From: an uncultured Candidatus Rokubacteria bacterium
GTDB lineage: Bacteria > Methylomirabilota > Methylomirabilia > Rokubacteriales > CSP1-6
Reading direction: 5' to 3'
Assembly (NCBI GenBank): GCA_963762145.1
Contig: CAVXJS010000019.1
Span: 256,001-320,000, forward strand
Length of the DNA: 64,000 nucleotides
The notes under the pieces are model-generated. The model did no database searches, had not been told where the DNA came from, and saw nothing but the letters and a program-made list of their open reading frames with translations. Within the stretch, counting starts at the first letter, position 1. The number at the start of each line of letters is the position of its first letter. Position numbers and translations under genes: made by a program. This document shows, one piece after another, positions 27,824 through 37,280 of the stretch.

Positions 27824-29271
27824 TGCGCGTCCGGCTGGATCAGTTGCCGGAGGAGGGGCGTCGCGCGCTGGCCGCGCTCGCCGAGCTGGCGGGCCCCGCC
27901 GGCCCGGCGTGGGTCGTCGGCGGCACCCTGCGCGAGGTCCTGGCGGGCGGCACCGCCGCGGATCTCGACGTGGCGGTGTCCGGGGGCGCGCTCGAGCTCG
28001 GCCGCCGCCTCGCCGACCGGCTCGAGTCGTCCTTCGTGGTCCTGGACGAGCTCCGCGGTGCCGGGCGCATCGTGCCGCGGTCGGCCGGTCCGGTCGTGGA
28101 TCTGGTGAACCTCCGGGCGCCGACCATCGAGGGCGACCTGCGGGCCCGCGACTTCACGGTGAACGCGCTCGCCGTGCCGGTGGCGGAGATGCTGCGCGAG
28201 GGCGGCGCCACCGTCCTGGACGTCACGGGAGGGCTCGACGACCTGCGCGATCGGGTCGTGCGCCCCTGCGGACCGGCTGCGATCACCGACGATGCGGTCC
28301 GCGCGCTGCGCGGGGTCCGGCTCGCGATGCGTCCCGGGTGGCGACTCCATCCGGACGCCGAGGAGGCCATCGAGGCGGCGGCGCCCCTGGTCACGCGCGT
28401 GGCCGCGGAGCGGATCCGCGACGAGCTGGTCGGCATCCTCGGCGAGCCGGCGGCCGCCGCGGGGCTGCGCACGCTGGACCGGCTGGGCGTCCTGGCGCCG
28501 CTGCTGCCGGAGAGCCTCCCGATGCGCGCCACCGCCCAGCCGCTCCCGCATCATTTCGACGTCTGGGAGCACTCGCTGCGGGCGGTCGAGGGGATCGACC
28601 GCGTGCTCGCCGGCCTCGACACCCTCACCCCGTGGGGTCCCGCGCTGCGCGAGCATTTGCGGCAGGACCTGGGGGGCGGGCTCACCCGGCGCGAAGCGCT
28701 GAAGCTGGCCGCGCTGCTCCACGACGTGGCCAAGCCCGAGACGCGGACCGAGGTCGGCGGGCGCGTACGCTTCATCGGCCACGACACGGCGGGCGCGCGC
28801 CGCACCGGCGAGATCGCCCAACGCCTCCGCCTCTCGCGGCATGCCGCGCAGGTGCTCGAGCGGCTCGTGGCCGAGCACCTGCGGCCGATGCATCTGTCGC
28901 AGGCGGGTCTGATCACCCGGCGCGCGCGCTTCCGGTTCTTCCGGGCGCTGGGTGACGAGGCGCGCGATCTGTTGCTGCTGGCCCTGGCCGACGCGGCCGC
29001 GCTCGACGGCGCTTCTCCGCTGACGGTCTGGGCGGGCGCGGGAGGCGAGGTGGTGCGCACCCTCATGGCGGGCGCCGACGAGGAGGCGGCCGCGGCCGGC
29101 GCGCCCGCGCTGCTACGCGGTGAGGACGTCATGGCCGCCTTCGGCGTGGCGCCGGGGCCGGAGGTGGGCCGCCTGCTTGCCCTGGCCCGCGAGGCGCAGG
29201 CCCTCGGGCTGGTGCGCACGCGTGACGAGGCGCTCGCGCACCTGCGACGCGAGACGGCGGGGGGAACTTGA
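27823..29271 (+). CDS. tRNA nucleotidyltransferase/poly(A) polymerase family protein with HD domain
   Basis: VVGGTLRE, DLDVAV, DLRARDFTVNA, ERIRDEL, LLHDVAK, FIGH; GTG overlaps the upstream TAG. Confidence 0.88.
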   Translation: MRVRLDQLPEEGRRALAALAELAGPAGPAWVVGGTLREVLAGGTAADLDVAVSGGALELGRRLADRLESSFVVLDELRGAGRIVPRSAGPVVDLVNLRAPTIEGDLRARDFTVNALAVPVAEMLREGGATVLDVTGGLDDLRDRVVRPCGPAAITDDAVRALRGVRLAMRPGWRLHPDAEEAIEAAAPLVTRVAAERIRDELVGILGEPAAAAGLRTLDRLGVLAPLLPESLPMRATAQPLPHHFDVWEHSLRAVEGIDRVLAGLDTLTPWGPALREHLRQDLGGGLTRREALKLAALLHDVAKPETRTEVGGRVRFIGHDTAGARRTGEIAQRLRLSRHAAQVLERLVAEHLRPMHLSQAGLITRRARFRFFRALGDEARDLLLLALADAAALDGASPLTVWAGAGGEVVRTLMAGADEEAAAAGAPALLRGEDVMAAFGVAPGPEVGRLLALAREAQALGLVRTRDEALAHLRRETAGGT

Positions 29272-29342
29272 CACCCGGCCGGACGGTTGCCTACAGTGAG
29301 GCCACTTTCCCGCCAACTTCACCGCTTCCAAGGAGGCTCCAG

Positions 29343-30878
29343 ATGGTCGTGAGACGTCTCTGTTCGCTCGTACTGGCCCTGCTCGTGGCGCCGGGCCTGG
29401 CCTGGGCCGCTCCGGAAGGCAAGGTCGTCATCGCCCAGGGCGTGGACCCCACGACGCTCGACACCCAGAACCAGCAGGAGACGCCCGCGTCGGTGGTGGC
29501 GAGCCATCTGTTCGACACGCTGGTGGAGCGCGATCAGAACCTCAAGATCGTTCCCGCCCTGGCCGCGGAGCTGCCGAAGCTGGTGGCCCCGACGACGTGG
29601 GAAGTGAAGCTGCGCCGCGGCGTCAAGTTCCACAACGGCGAGGAGTTCAACGCCGAGTCGGTGAAGTTCAGCCTCGAGCGGGTCAAGACGGGGCTCCGGG
29701 CCAGCTCCAACTTCCGGCCCATCGAGAAGGTCGACATCGTGGACGCCTACACGGTGCGCGTGCAGACGAGCAAGCCGTGGCCGATCTTCCCCACGATCAT
29801 GACCTCCCGCCAGGCGTCCATGTACCCGCCCAAGGCCTACGCGGGCAAGGACTCGGCCTTCATCTCCAAGAACCCGATCGGCACCGGGCCCTACAAGCTG
29901 GTTCGCTGGAGCAAGGACGAGGAGATCGTGCTCGACGCCAACGACCAGTACTGGCGCGGCGCGCCCAAGATCAAGACGGTCGTGTTCCGGCCCATCCCCG
30001 ACGACGCGGTGCGCGTCGCCGCGCTCCAGAACGGGGAAGTGGACGTGGCGGTGAACATCCCGCCGCACCTGGCCAACATCATCAACAATCATCCGAAGAT
30101 CTTCCTCTCCACCGCGCCGTCCATCCGCACGCTGCAGCTCATGTTCGTGACCCACGAGTACGACGCGCAGCACAAGCCGGTCGGGCCCTACAAGGGCGTG
30201 ACCGCCGACAAGCGGGTGCGGCAGGCCATCGCCTCCGCGCTCGACGTGGACGAGATCATCAAGGGAGTGCTGGACGGCAAGGCGATGCGCACCGCCACCC
30301 TGCTGACGCCGCTGCACTTCGGGTACGACCCCGCGCTCAAGCCCATCAAGCAGGACCTGGGCAAGGTCAAGCAGCTCCTGACCGAGGCCGGCTTCCCCGG
30401 CGGGCTCGACCTCACGCTGAATAGCCCGCAGGGCCGCTACGTACGGGACAAGGAAGTGGCGGAGGCGGTGACCGGCCAGCTCACCAAGGCCGGGATCAAG
30501 ACCCAGCTCAAGACCTTCGAGTTCGTCAACTACCTGAACACCCTCGTCTACGTGCACAAGCCCGGCCCGGTGTGGCTGATCGGCTGGGGCACGGCCACGG
30601 TGGACGCCGAGACGGTGTACGGGCCGCTCTTCCGGAGCGGCAGCAACCTGGGCAACTACCACAACGCCGACTTCGACGGCATGGTCGACCTGGCCCAGAC
30701 GCAGATGGACGAGAAGCAGCGGCTCGCCACGTACCACCGGATCAACAAGCTGTGGATCGACGACATGCCCGCGGTTCCGCTCTACCAGCAGCTCGACCTC
30801 TACGGGGCCAACAAGCGGCTCAACTGGAAGGCCCGCAGCGACGAGCTGATCAAGGCCTACGACATGTCATTAAAATAG
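29343..30878 (+). CDS. ABC transporter substrate-binding protein, family 5 (peptide/nickel)
   Basis: Signal peptide, LRRGVKFHNGEEFNAESVKFS, PIGTGPY; SD AGGAGG. Confidence 0.92.
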   Translation: MVVRRLCSLVLALLVAPGLAWAAPEGKVVIAQGVDPTTLDTQNQQETPASVVASHLFDTLVERDQNLKIVPALAAELPKLVAPTTWEVKLRRGVKFHNGEEFNAESVKFSLERVKTGLRASSNFRPIEKVDIVDAYTVRVQTSKPWPIFPTIMTSRQASMYPPKAYAGKDSAFISKNPIGTGPYKLVRWSKDEEIVLDANDQYWRGAPKIKTVVFRPIPDDAVRVAALQNGEVDVAVNIPPHLANIINNHPKIFLSTAPSIRTLQLMFVTHEYDAQHKPVGPYKGVTADKRVRQAIASALDVDEIIKGVLDGKAMRTATLLTPLHFGYDPALKPIKQDLGKVKQLLTEAGFPGGLDLTLNSPQGRYVRDKEVAEAVTGQLTKAGIKTQLKTFEFVNYLNTLVYVHKPGPVWLIGWGTATVDAETVYGPLFRSGSNLGNYHNADFDGMVDLAQTQMDEKQRLATYHRINKLWIDDMPAVPLYQQLDLYGANKRLNWKARSDELIKAYDMSLK

Positions 30879-30930
30879 GTCCGGGTTGACTGCCCACCAT
30901 CGAAGACTAGAATAGGACGGCACCGGTAGC

Positions 30931-31005
30931 GCGGGCGTGGCGCAATGGTAGCGCACGAGCTTCCCAAGCTCGGGGTTGCGAGTTCAAATCTCGTCGCCCG
31001 CTCCA
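30931..31005 (+). tRNA. tRNA-Gly (anticodon CCC)
   Basis: Acceptor stem GCGGGCG/CGCCCGC, anticodon arm GAGC-TTCCCAA-GCTC, T-loop TTCAAAT, encoded CCA; TTGACT and TAGAAT promoter boxes upstream. Confidence 0.95.
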
Positions 31006-31010
31006 GTTTC

Positions 31011-31046
31011 GCGAAGGGGGTCACGGAGAACCGTGGCCCCCTTCGC
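31011..31046. terminator. Hairpin between convergent tRNA-Gly and acyl-CoA dehydrogenase genes
   Basis: GCGAAGGGGGTCACGG-AGAA-CCGTGGCCCCCTTCGC. Confidence 0.7.
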
Positions 31047-31049
31047 ACG

Positions 31050-32273
31050 TCACCCGGCTTCCAGGCCGAGCGCGGCTTCCCACGCCTGCTGGGTGGCGAT
31101 CTCCTGCGTCCACGGACGCATCAAGGCGCCGGCCCGGGCGTCGCGCGCGTAGCGCTCCAGCGGATAGCGCTTGAGGAGGCCGCGCCCGCCGCAGACCCGG
31201 ATCGCCTCCTGGGTCACGGTGACCGCGGAGCGCTGCACGGTCACGTGCGCGGCCCGCGCGCGCTGCACCACGTCGGGTGGGCAGTCCACCCGCGCCTCCG
31301 AGATGGCCCGATAGTAGAGGGCGCGCGTGCCCTCCAGCGTGAACAGCATCTCGGCCACCGCGTGGCCCTTCACGGCCGCTTCGGTGTGGAGGCCGGGTGA
31401 GCCCGCCATCTGGCCGGTCAGGTAGGCGAGGGCGCCGTCGTAGGCGGCCTGCATGAGGCCCAGGAAGGTCGCGCAGAACGTCAGCGGGGAGAGCTGGGGG
31501 AAGGCGTTGTACATCGCGCCGAAGAGGCCCGGCGGCAGCACCTCGCCGTCGTCGGGCACGAAGACGTCCTGCAGCACCATGTCGCGGCTGACCGTGCCGC
31601 GCATCCCCATGGGGTCCCAGTCGCCCGGGAAGGAGACCCCTGGCGCGTCTTTCGGAACCTGGAGGTAGAGCGTGCGCTCGATCCAGGGCTCGTCGCCCAG
31701 ACGGATGGCGGGCGTCGCGAAGTAGGGCGCGGATCCGGCGAGCGACACGAAGAACTTCCGCCCGTTCACCACGTAGCCTCCGTCGACCTTCCGCGCGGTG
31801 GTGCCGAACCGGCGGCCGCCCATGCGCAGCGCGGTGTCCGTCTCGCCCTGCTCCACCGGCTCGCTGTGCGGCTGGCCGTAGAAGGCGCCGGCCTCGATGA
31901 CCTCGCGGAACTTGGCCGCGCGGAGGCGCTCGTGCCGCGCGCGCGCCGTGGACGACATCGGCATGTCGTCGGCGAGCACGCCCATCATGAGCATGGTGAG
32001 GCAGTGCATGTTGAACGTGAGCGCGGTCGAGGCATTGCCCTGCGCGAGTTGCTCGGCGACCAGGCAGTAGGTCTCGTACTCGGCGCCCAGCCCGCCGTGG
32101 CGGGCGGGGACGCAGAGGCCGAGGAGGCCGCTGGCCCGGAGATCGGCATAGTCGTCGAACGGGAAGGACGCCTCGCGATCGTGGCGCTCCGCGCGGGGCG
32201 CGAAGCGCTCGCGGGCGAGGCGGCGGGCCGTGGCGATCAGCTCGCTCTGGCGGGCGGAGGGCTGGAGGTCCAT
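31050..32273 (-). CDS. Acyl-CoA dehydrogenase family protein
   Basis: VVNGRKFFVS, WDPMGMRGTVS, RVCGGRG, PLERYARDAR. Confidence 0.9.
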   Translation of the reverse strand: MDLQPSARQSELIATARRLARERFAPRAERHDREASFPFDDYADLRASGLLGLCVPARHGGLGAEYETYCLVAEQLAQGNASTALTFNMHCLTMLMMGVLADDMPMSSTARARHERLRAAKFREVIEAGAFYGQPHSEPVEQGETDTALRMGGRRFGTTARKVDGGYVVNGRKFFVSLAGSAPYFATPAIRLGDEPWIERTLYLQVPKDAPGVSFPGDWDPMGMRGTVSRDMVLQDVFVPDDGEVLPPGLFGAMYNAFPQLSPLTFCATFLGLMQAAYDGALAYLTGQMAGSPGLHTEAAVKGHAVAEMLFTLEGTRALYYRAISEARVDCPPDVVQRARAAHVTVQRSAVTVTQEAIRVCGGRGLLKRYPLERYARDARAGALMRPWTQEIATQQAWEAALGLEAG

Positions 32274-32338
32274 GGCCGCCCGCTACTGTACCGCCTTCCG
32301 TGCGTTCTCAATGGATTCTTGCGCTTATACTCTGGCCC

Positions 32339-33058
32339 ATGACTCGATACTTCTGCCACGAGCATCCCGACGTACTGATCCTCGAGGCCCGTGTCCTGGA
32401 CGCCCGGCCGGGCGGGGTCGTCCTCGACCAGTCACCCTTTCATCCCGGCGGAGGCGGCCAGCTCGCGGATCGCGGGACGCTGCGCTGGCACGGCGGCGAG
32501 GTCTCGGTGACCGGCATCGAGGCGGCCGGCAATGGACGCTACTGGCATCTCCTGGCGGATGGGGCCGAGCTGAACGGGACGGTGGAAGCCAGGGTCGATG
32601 CGGCGTTCCGCTCGATGATGGCCCAGCTCCACACCGACACCCACATCCTGAACGCGCTCGTCTTCCGGCAGTTCCAGGGCGCGCTGGTGACGGGCGCGCA
32701 GCTCAACGAGGACGGCACCGCGCGGATGGATTTCGACCTGCCGGAGGCCGACAACGATCGCCTTCGCGCGCTCGAGCCCGAGATCAACGACGTCATCCGC
32801 CAGGACCTGCCGGTGCGCTACGCCTACGTCTCCGAGGCGGACGCCCTCGCCGAGCGCGGCCTCGTCCGGAACCGATCGGTGGCGCCGCCGCCCACCGAGG
32901 ACGGCACGATCCGGGTGGTCGAGATCGTGGGGCTCGATCGCCAGGCCTGCGGCGGGACCCACCTGGCCTCGACGGCAGGCTCGCGTCCGCTGCGGATCCT
33001 CAAGATCGACAACAAGGGCCGACACAACCGGCGGATCAAGATCGGGCTCGCGGGCTAG
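32339..33058 (+). CDS. Alanyl-tRNA editing protein (AlaX)
   Basis: FHPGGGGQLADRG; Zn ligands HTDTH and CGGTH. Confidence 0.9.
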   Translation: MTRYFCHEHPDVLILEARVLDARPGGVVLDQSPFHPGGGGQLADRGTLRWHGGEVSVTGIEAAGNGRYWHLLADGAELNGTVEARVDAAFRSMMAQLHTDTHILNALVFRQFQGALVTGAQLNEDGTARMDFDLPEADNDRLRALEPEINDVIRQDLPVRYAYVSEADALAERGLVRNRSVAPPPTEDGTIRVVEIVGLDRQACGGTHLASTAGSRPLRILKIDNKGRHNRRIKIGLAG

Positions 33059-33076
33059 GCCCCGCGGTGAAGCCGG

Positions 33077-33457
33077 TCAGGCGGGGCCGAAGCCGATGAC
33101 GGTCTGGCTGTCGATCTGCACGGGACGGAAGCGCACGGGCAGGCCGGCCTTGAGCGTCTCGAGGGGGATGTCCACGATGCGGCCCAGCAGGGACAGGCCC
33201 TCGTCCAGCTTCACCACCGCGACCGCGTAGGGCACCTCGCCCCCCCGGCCCCGCGGGGCGACGCGGATCACGGTGTGGGACACGATGGTGCCGGCTCCCC
33301 CGAGCGGCACCGGCTGCCAGTCGCGCTGCTGGCAGCTCGCGCAGAACTCCTTCGGGGGGATGGCCAGCTCCCCGCAACGACCGCAGCGGATGCCGGTGAG
33401 CCGGCCCGCGCGTGCTTCTTCGAAGAAGATCTTCAGGTTGATCACACGCTCAGTCAC
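33077..33457 (-). CDS. Zn-ribbon/OB-fold protein (DUF35/ChsH2 family)
   Basis: CGRC...CASC, VPYAVAVVKLDEG; overlaps the thiolase gene. Confidence 0.9.
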   Translation of the reverse strand: MTERVINLKIFFEEARAGRLTGIRCGRCGELAIPPKEFCASCQQRDWQPVPLGGAGTIVSHTVIRVAPRGRGGEVPYAVAVVKLDEGLSLLGRIVDIPLETLKAGLPVRFRPVQIDSQTVIGFGPA

Positions 33458-34604
33458 GGCCGAACAGGCTCACGACGACCGTCGCGGTGTTGCCCCCGAG
33501 CGTATGGGTCAGGCCGGTGCGGGCGCCGTCCACCTGACGCCGGTCCGCCTCACCGCGGAGCTGGGTGACGATCTCCGCGATCTGGGCCGCCCCGGTGGCA
33601 CCGATCGGGTGGCCCTTGGCCTTGAGCCCGCCGGATGGATTCACCGGGAGCTTGCCCCCGAGGCTCGTCCAGCCCTTCTCCGCGGCGAGGCCGCCGGTGC
33701 CGGGCTCGAAGAACCCCAGCCCCTCGGTGGCCACGATCTCGGCGATCGTGAAGCAGTCGTGCAGCTCGACCACGTCCACGTCGGTGGGCGTCTTGCCGGC
33801 CTGGCGATAGGCGCCCTGGGCCGCCCGCTCGGTGGCGGTCACGCGGGAGAGATCGCGCTTCTCGTGGACGAACATGGTGTCGGTGGCCGCGTGCGAGCCC
33901 AGCACCCAGATCGGGCGCCGGTGCCGACGGGCCACGTCCTCGGACGCGAGCACGAGGGCGGCGCCGCCGTCCGTGAACGGGCAGCAGTCGTAGAGCTTGA
34001 GCGGATCGGCCACGTACGCGCTCTTGAGCACCGTCTCCAGCGTGATCTCCTTCTGGAACTGCGCCTTCGGATTCAGCACGCCGTGGCGGTGGTTCTTGAC
34101 CGCCACGTGGGCCATCTGCTCCTCGGTGGTGCCGTACTTGTCCATGTGCGCCCGCGCGATCAGCGCGAAGACGCCGGGGAAGGTGAGCCCGGCGGGCTGC
34201 TCGAGGGAGGCGTCCGAGCAGTAGGCGAAGAACTCGGTGGCCGATTCGGTCGGCACGTTCAGCACGCGCTCGGCGCCGCCCACCAGGATCACGTCCGAGG
34301 CGCCGCTCGCGATCGCCATGACCGCGTGCCGGAAGGCCACGTGGCTGGTCGCGCAGGCGTTCTCGAACCGGGTCGTGGGGACGGTGGGGAGGCCGAGCAA
34401 GGTGGCGGCCAGCGGGCCCATGTGGAGCTGACGCTCGGTTTCGCCTCCGGTCACGTTGCCGAAGTACATGGCCTGCACGGCGCTCGGGGCGATCCCGGCG
34501 TCGGTGATGGCGTCGGCGGCGGCGGCCGCGAACAGCTCGGCGCTGGTCCGATCGTGCTTGCCAAACTTGGTGACACCCACCCCGATCACGGCGACGCGAC
34601 GCAT
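33450..34604 (-). CDS. Thiolase (SCP2/archaeal-type acetyl-CoA acetyltransferase)
   Basis: MRRVAVIGVGVTKFG, ENACATS, ELHDCFT, NPSGGLKAKGHPIGATG. Confidence 0.92.
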   Translation of the reverse strand: MRRVAVIGVGVTKFGKHDRTSAELFAAAAADAITDAGIAPSAVQAMYFGNVTGGETERQLHMGPLAATLLGLPTVPTTRFENACATSHVAFRHAVMAIASGASDVILVGGAERVLNVPTESATEFFAYCSDASLEQPAGLTFPGVFALIARAHMDKYGTTEEQMAHVAVKNHRHGVLNPKAQFQKEITLETVLKSAYVADPLKLYDCCPFTDGGAALVLASEDVARRHRRPIWVLGSHAATDTMFVHEKRDLSRVTATERAAQGAYRQAGKTPTDVDVVELHDCFTIAEIVATEGLGFFEPGTGGLAAEKGWTSLGGKLPVNPSGGLKAKGHPIGATGAAQIAEIVTQLRGEADRRQVDGARTGLTHTLGGNTATVVVSLFGRD

Positions 34605-34713
34605 GAGGTCTCCTGAGCCCGCTGAAAGTATTGACGTTCCTGTACTCGGCATCATACCGCGCCGCTTCGCCAAATGATCGTGAAAGCCGGGGTCGCGTGG
34701 TACGGTGAGCCGC

Positions 34714-35673
34714 ATGACCGTCGAAGAAGCCCTGCTCGCGGTGGTGGGGGCGGTCGCGCTGGTGCTGCTCTTTCTCGGCCTCGCGGACGCCCTCGAAGGA
34801 GATCCGCGCGTGTGGCTCCGCGGGCGCCGCCGGCGCCTCTCGCGGCCCGGGTCGTCCCAGCCCGGCCACCGGTCCGCTGCCCGGGCACCGCTGGCTCGCC
34901 GGGCCACCCCGGTCGCTGCCGCGTCGTCGGACCCGGCGCCGAGGGCCGCCAACCGGCGGGCGGGGACGGCACCGCCTGCCGAGCCCGCCGCGGCGGAGCC
35001 GGAGCCGGCCCGGGCCATGGTGAGCGCGGAGTGGCGAGACCGCGTGGCCGCGCTGATCCGCGGACGCGAGTGCGGCGAGGCGCGCCAGCTCCTCGAGCCG
35101 GCGCTCGAGGGCGGCCTCGTGGATCGGGACACCGCGGAGTTCCTCCTGGACGTCTGCTCCACGGCGGTGGCCCGCGACCTCTGGCGCCTCCGCCGCGCGG
35201 TTCGCCGCGCCGGCGGCGACGAAGCGCCGCTCGCGGGCTCGCTGGAGGTGGCCCGGGTCGTCCTGGAGGCGCCCGTGGCGCAGAGCCTCCCGCGGGAGCA
35301 GCGGCGGCGCGTGACCGGTCGCCTCTGGCGCGGCCACACGCGGCTGGGCCTGCGGCGGTGGCGCGCGGGGACGTTCGAGTCGGCGGTCGAGGCCCTGTTC
35401 CAGGCGCTCGGCGTGCGCGGGATCGACGAGCGCCGGCGCCGGCTCGCCCGCGAGCTGCTGGTCCGCACGCTCGAGGACATGGCGGGCGAGAATCTCGAGC
35501 TGATCCCGCAGCTCCTGGAGGGTGACCGCGCCGCCGCGCTCGGCCAGGCCCAGCGGCTCCTCGAGCACATCCGCCGCACCCGGGAGGAAGGCGTGTCGGC
35601 GGAGGACCTGGCGGTGGCGGCCTCGCGCGCGCGCCAGCTCATGGAGCACATCGAGCACACCCCGGTGCGATGA
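34714..35673 (+). CDS. Hypothetical membrane-anchored helical protein
   Basis: N-terminal TM, Pro/Ala linker, helical C-terminus; ATGA overlap with the next gene. Confidence 0.55.
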   Translation: MTVEEALLAVVGAVALVLLFLGLADALEGDPRVWLRGRRRRLSRPGSSQPGHRSAARAPLARRATPVAAASSDPAPRAANRRAGTAPPAEPAAAEPEPARAMVSAEWRDRVAALIRGRECGEARQLLEPALEGGLVDRDTAEFLLDVCSTAVARDLWRLRRAVRRAGGDEAPLAGSLEVARVVLEAPVAQSLPREQRRRVTGRLWRGHTRLGLRRWRAGTFESAVEALFQALGVRGIDERRRRLARELLVRTLEDMAGENLELIPQLLEGDRAAALGQAQRLLEHIRRTREEGVSAEDLAVAASRARQLMEHIEHTPVR

Positions 35674-37280
35674 CCGATCTCGGCCCCGCCCTGACCCTCG
35701 GCCAGATGGTGGACCGGGCGGCCGCGCGGTTCCCCGACCGGATCGCGGTGGTGTTCAAGCAGGAGCGGATCAGCTACGCGGAGCTCAAGCGCCGCGCCGA
35801 CGATTTCGCCCGCGGGCTCCTCGCGCTGGGGCTCCGGCCCGGAGATCACGTCGTGCTCTGGATGCCCAATCGCGTGGAGTGGAACGTCGCGAACCTCGGC
35901 ATCGCCAAGATCGGCGCGGTGACCGTCACGTGCAACAGCCGCTACAAGGCCTTCGAGCTCGAGTACGTGCTGCGGCAGTCGGACGCGAAGGCTCTGATCA
36001 TGGTGGACCGCTTCGCGGCGGCGTCGGTGGACTACCTGGAGATCCTGCGCGAGCTCGGCCCGCGCGAGCGGTTCCCCGCGCTGCGCCACGTGATCGTGCT
36101 GGGCGCCCAGCGGCCCCCCGAAGCCCTCGGGTTCGACGACGTCGAGCGGTCGGGGCGCGCGGGCGGGGGCGATCTCGACGCGGTCCGGGTGCGCCCCGAG
36201 GATCCGGTGGAGATGCTGTACACCTCCGGCACCACCGGCGAGCCGAAGGGCTGCCTGCTCTCGCACGGGAACATGTTCTACAAGTGCCGGGTCTACACCG
36301 ACCTGCACGCCTGGACGTCGGAGGACCGGTGCCTGGTGCCGGTGCCGTACTTCCACATCTTCGGCTCGATGGGCGGCGTCGCCGCGAACTGCCTCGTGGG
36401 CTCGACCCAGGTGCTGATGGACGTGTTCGATCCGCTGGAAGCCATGCGCCTGATCGAGGCCGAGCGGGTGACGATCTTTTCCGGGGTGCCCACGATGTTC
36501 ATCACGATCCTGGGTCACCCCGCGTTCGGCACGCGCGATCTCCGCTCGCTGCGGACCGGGTCGATCGGGGCCGCGCCGGTCCCGGTGGAGATCATGCGGC
36601 GGATCCTGGACCGCGAGCGCGGGCTCGGCATGGACGCCCTGGTCGTCTACGGGCTCACCGAGGCGACCGGGGGCACGCACTGGACGCGGCCGGGCGATCC
36701 GATCGAGCGCCGGGTGTCCACCGTCGGGGTGCGCACCGCCGAGATCCTGGACCGCGTGCTGGACCCCGCGACCGGAGACGAGCTGCCGCCGGGCGCGGAG
36801 GGCGAGCTGTGCATCAAGGGTCCCACCCTCATGCTCGGCTACTACAACAAGCCCGAGGCCACCGCGGAGAAGATCCGCGACGGCTGGCTGCACACCGGCG
36901 ACATGGCGGTCCGGGACGCGGACGGGTACGTGCGGATCACCGGGCGGCTCACCGACATGATCATCGTCGGCGGCTTCAACACCTACCCGGCGGAGATCGA
37001 GGACTTCCTCCTGCGCCACCCCAAGGTGCTCGACGTCTCCATCGTGGGCGTACCCGACCCGGTGATGGGGGAGGCGGTCATGGCCTTCGTGATCCCGAAG
37101 GATGGGGCCACGCTCGCGCCGGAGGAGATCGTCGCCTTCGCGCGGGGGAAGATCGCCAACTTCAAGGTGCCGAAGTACGTCGAGATCGTGGACCGGTTCC
37201 CGCTCACCGGCTCGGGCAAGGTGCAGAAATTCAAGCAGAAGGCCTACGCGGTCGAGAAGTACTCCCTGCGGGGGGCCTAG
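35670..37280 (+). CDS. AMP-binding acyl-CoA synthetase
   Basis: YTSGTTGEPKG, YGLTE, GWLHTGD, LTGSGKVQK. Confidence 0.93.
   Translation: MTDLGPALTLGQMVDRAAARFPDRIAVVFKQERISYAELKRRADDFARGLLALGLRPGDHVVLWMPNRVEWNVANLGIAKIGAVTVTCNSRYKAFELEYVLRQSDAKALIMVDRFAAASVDYLEILRELGPRERFPALRHVIVLGAQRPPEALGFDDVERSGRAGGGDLDAVRVRPEDPVEMLYTSGTTGEPKGCLLSHGNMFYKCRVYTDLHAWTSEDRCLVPVPYFHIFGSMGGVAANCLVGSTQVLMDVFDPLEAMRLIEAERVTIFSGVPTMFITILGHPAFGTRDLRSLRTGSIGAAPVPVEIMRRILDRERGLGMDALVVYGLTEATGGTHWTRPGDPIERRVSTVGVRTAEILDRVLDPATGDELPPGAEGELCIKGPTLMLGYYNKPEATAEKIRDGWLHTGDMAVRDADGYVRITGRLTDMIIVGGFNTYPAEIEDFLLRHPKVLDVSIVGVPDPVMGEAVMAFVIPKDGATLAPEEIVAFARGKIANFKVPKYVEIVDRFPLTGSGKVQKFKQKAYAVEKYSLRGA

Noticed and set aside
27031-29271. 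746-aa ORF as one long nucleotidyltransferase
   Set aside because: The first 264 codons are an off-frame overlap of the amidohydrolase gene; the likely start is GTG 27823
29343-30878. Substrate-binding protein without permeases as a novel system
   Set aside because: Orphan family-5 binding proteins are common; nothing else unusual seen
30931-31005. tRNA-Gly as an integration site for an island or prophage
   Set aside because: No integrase, no duplicated tRNA 3' end seen, and ordinary flanking genes
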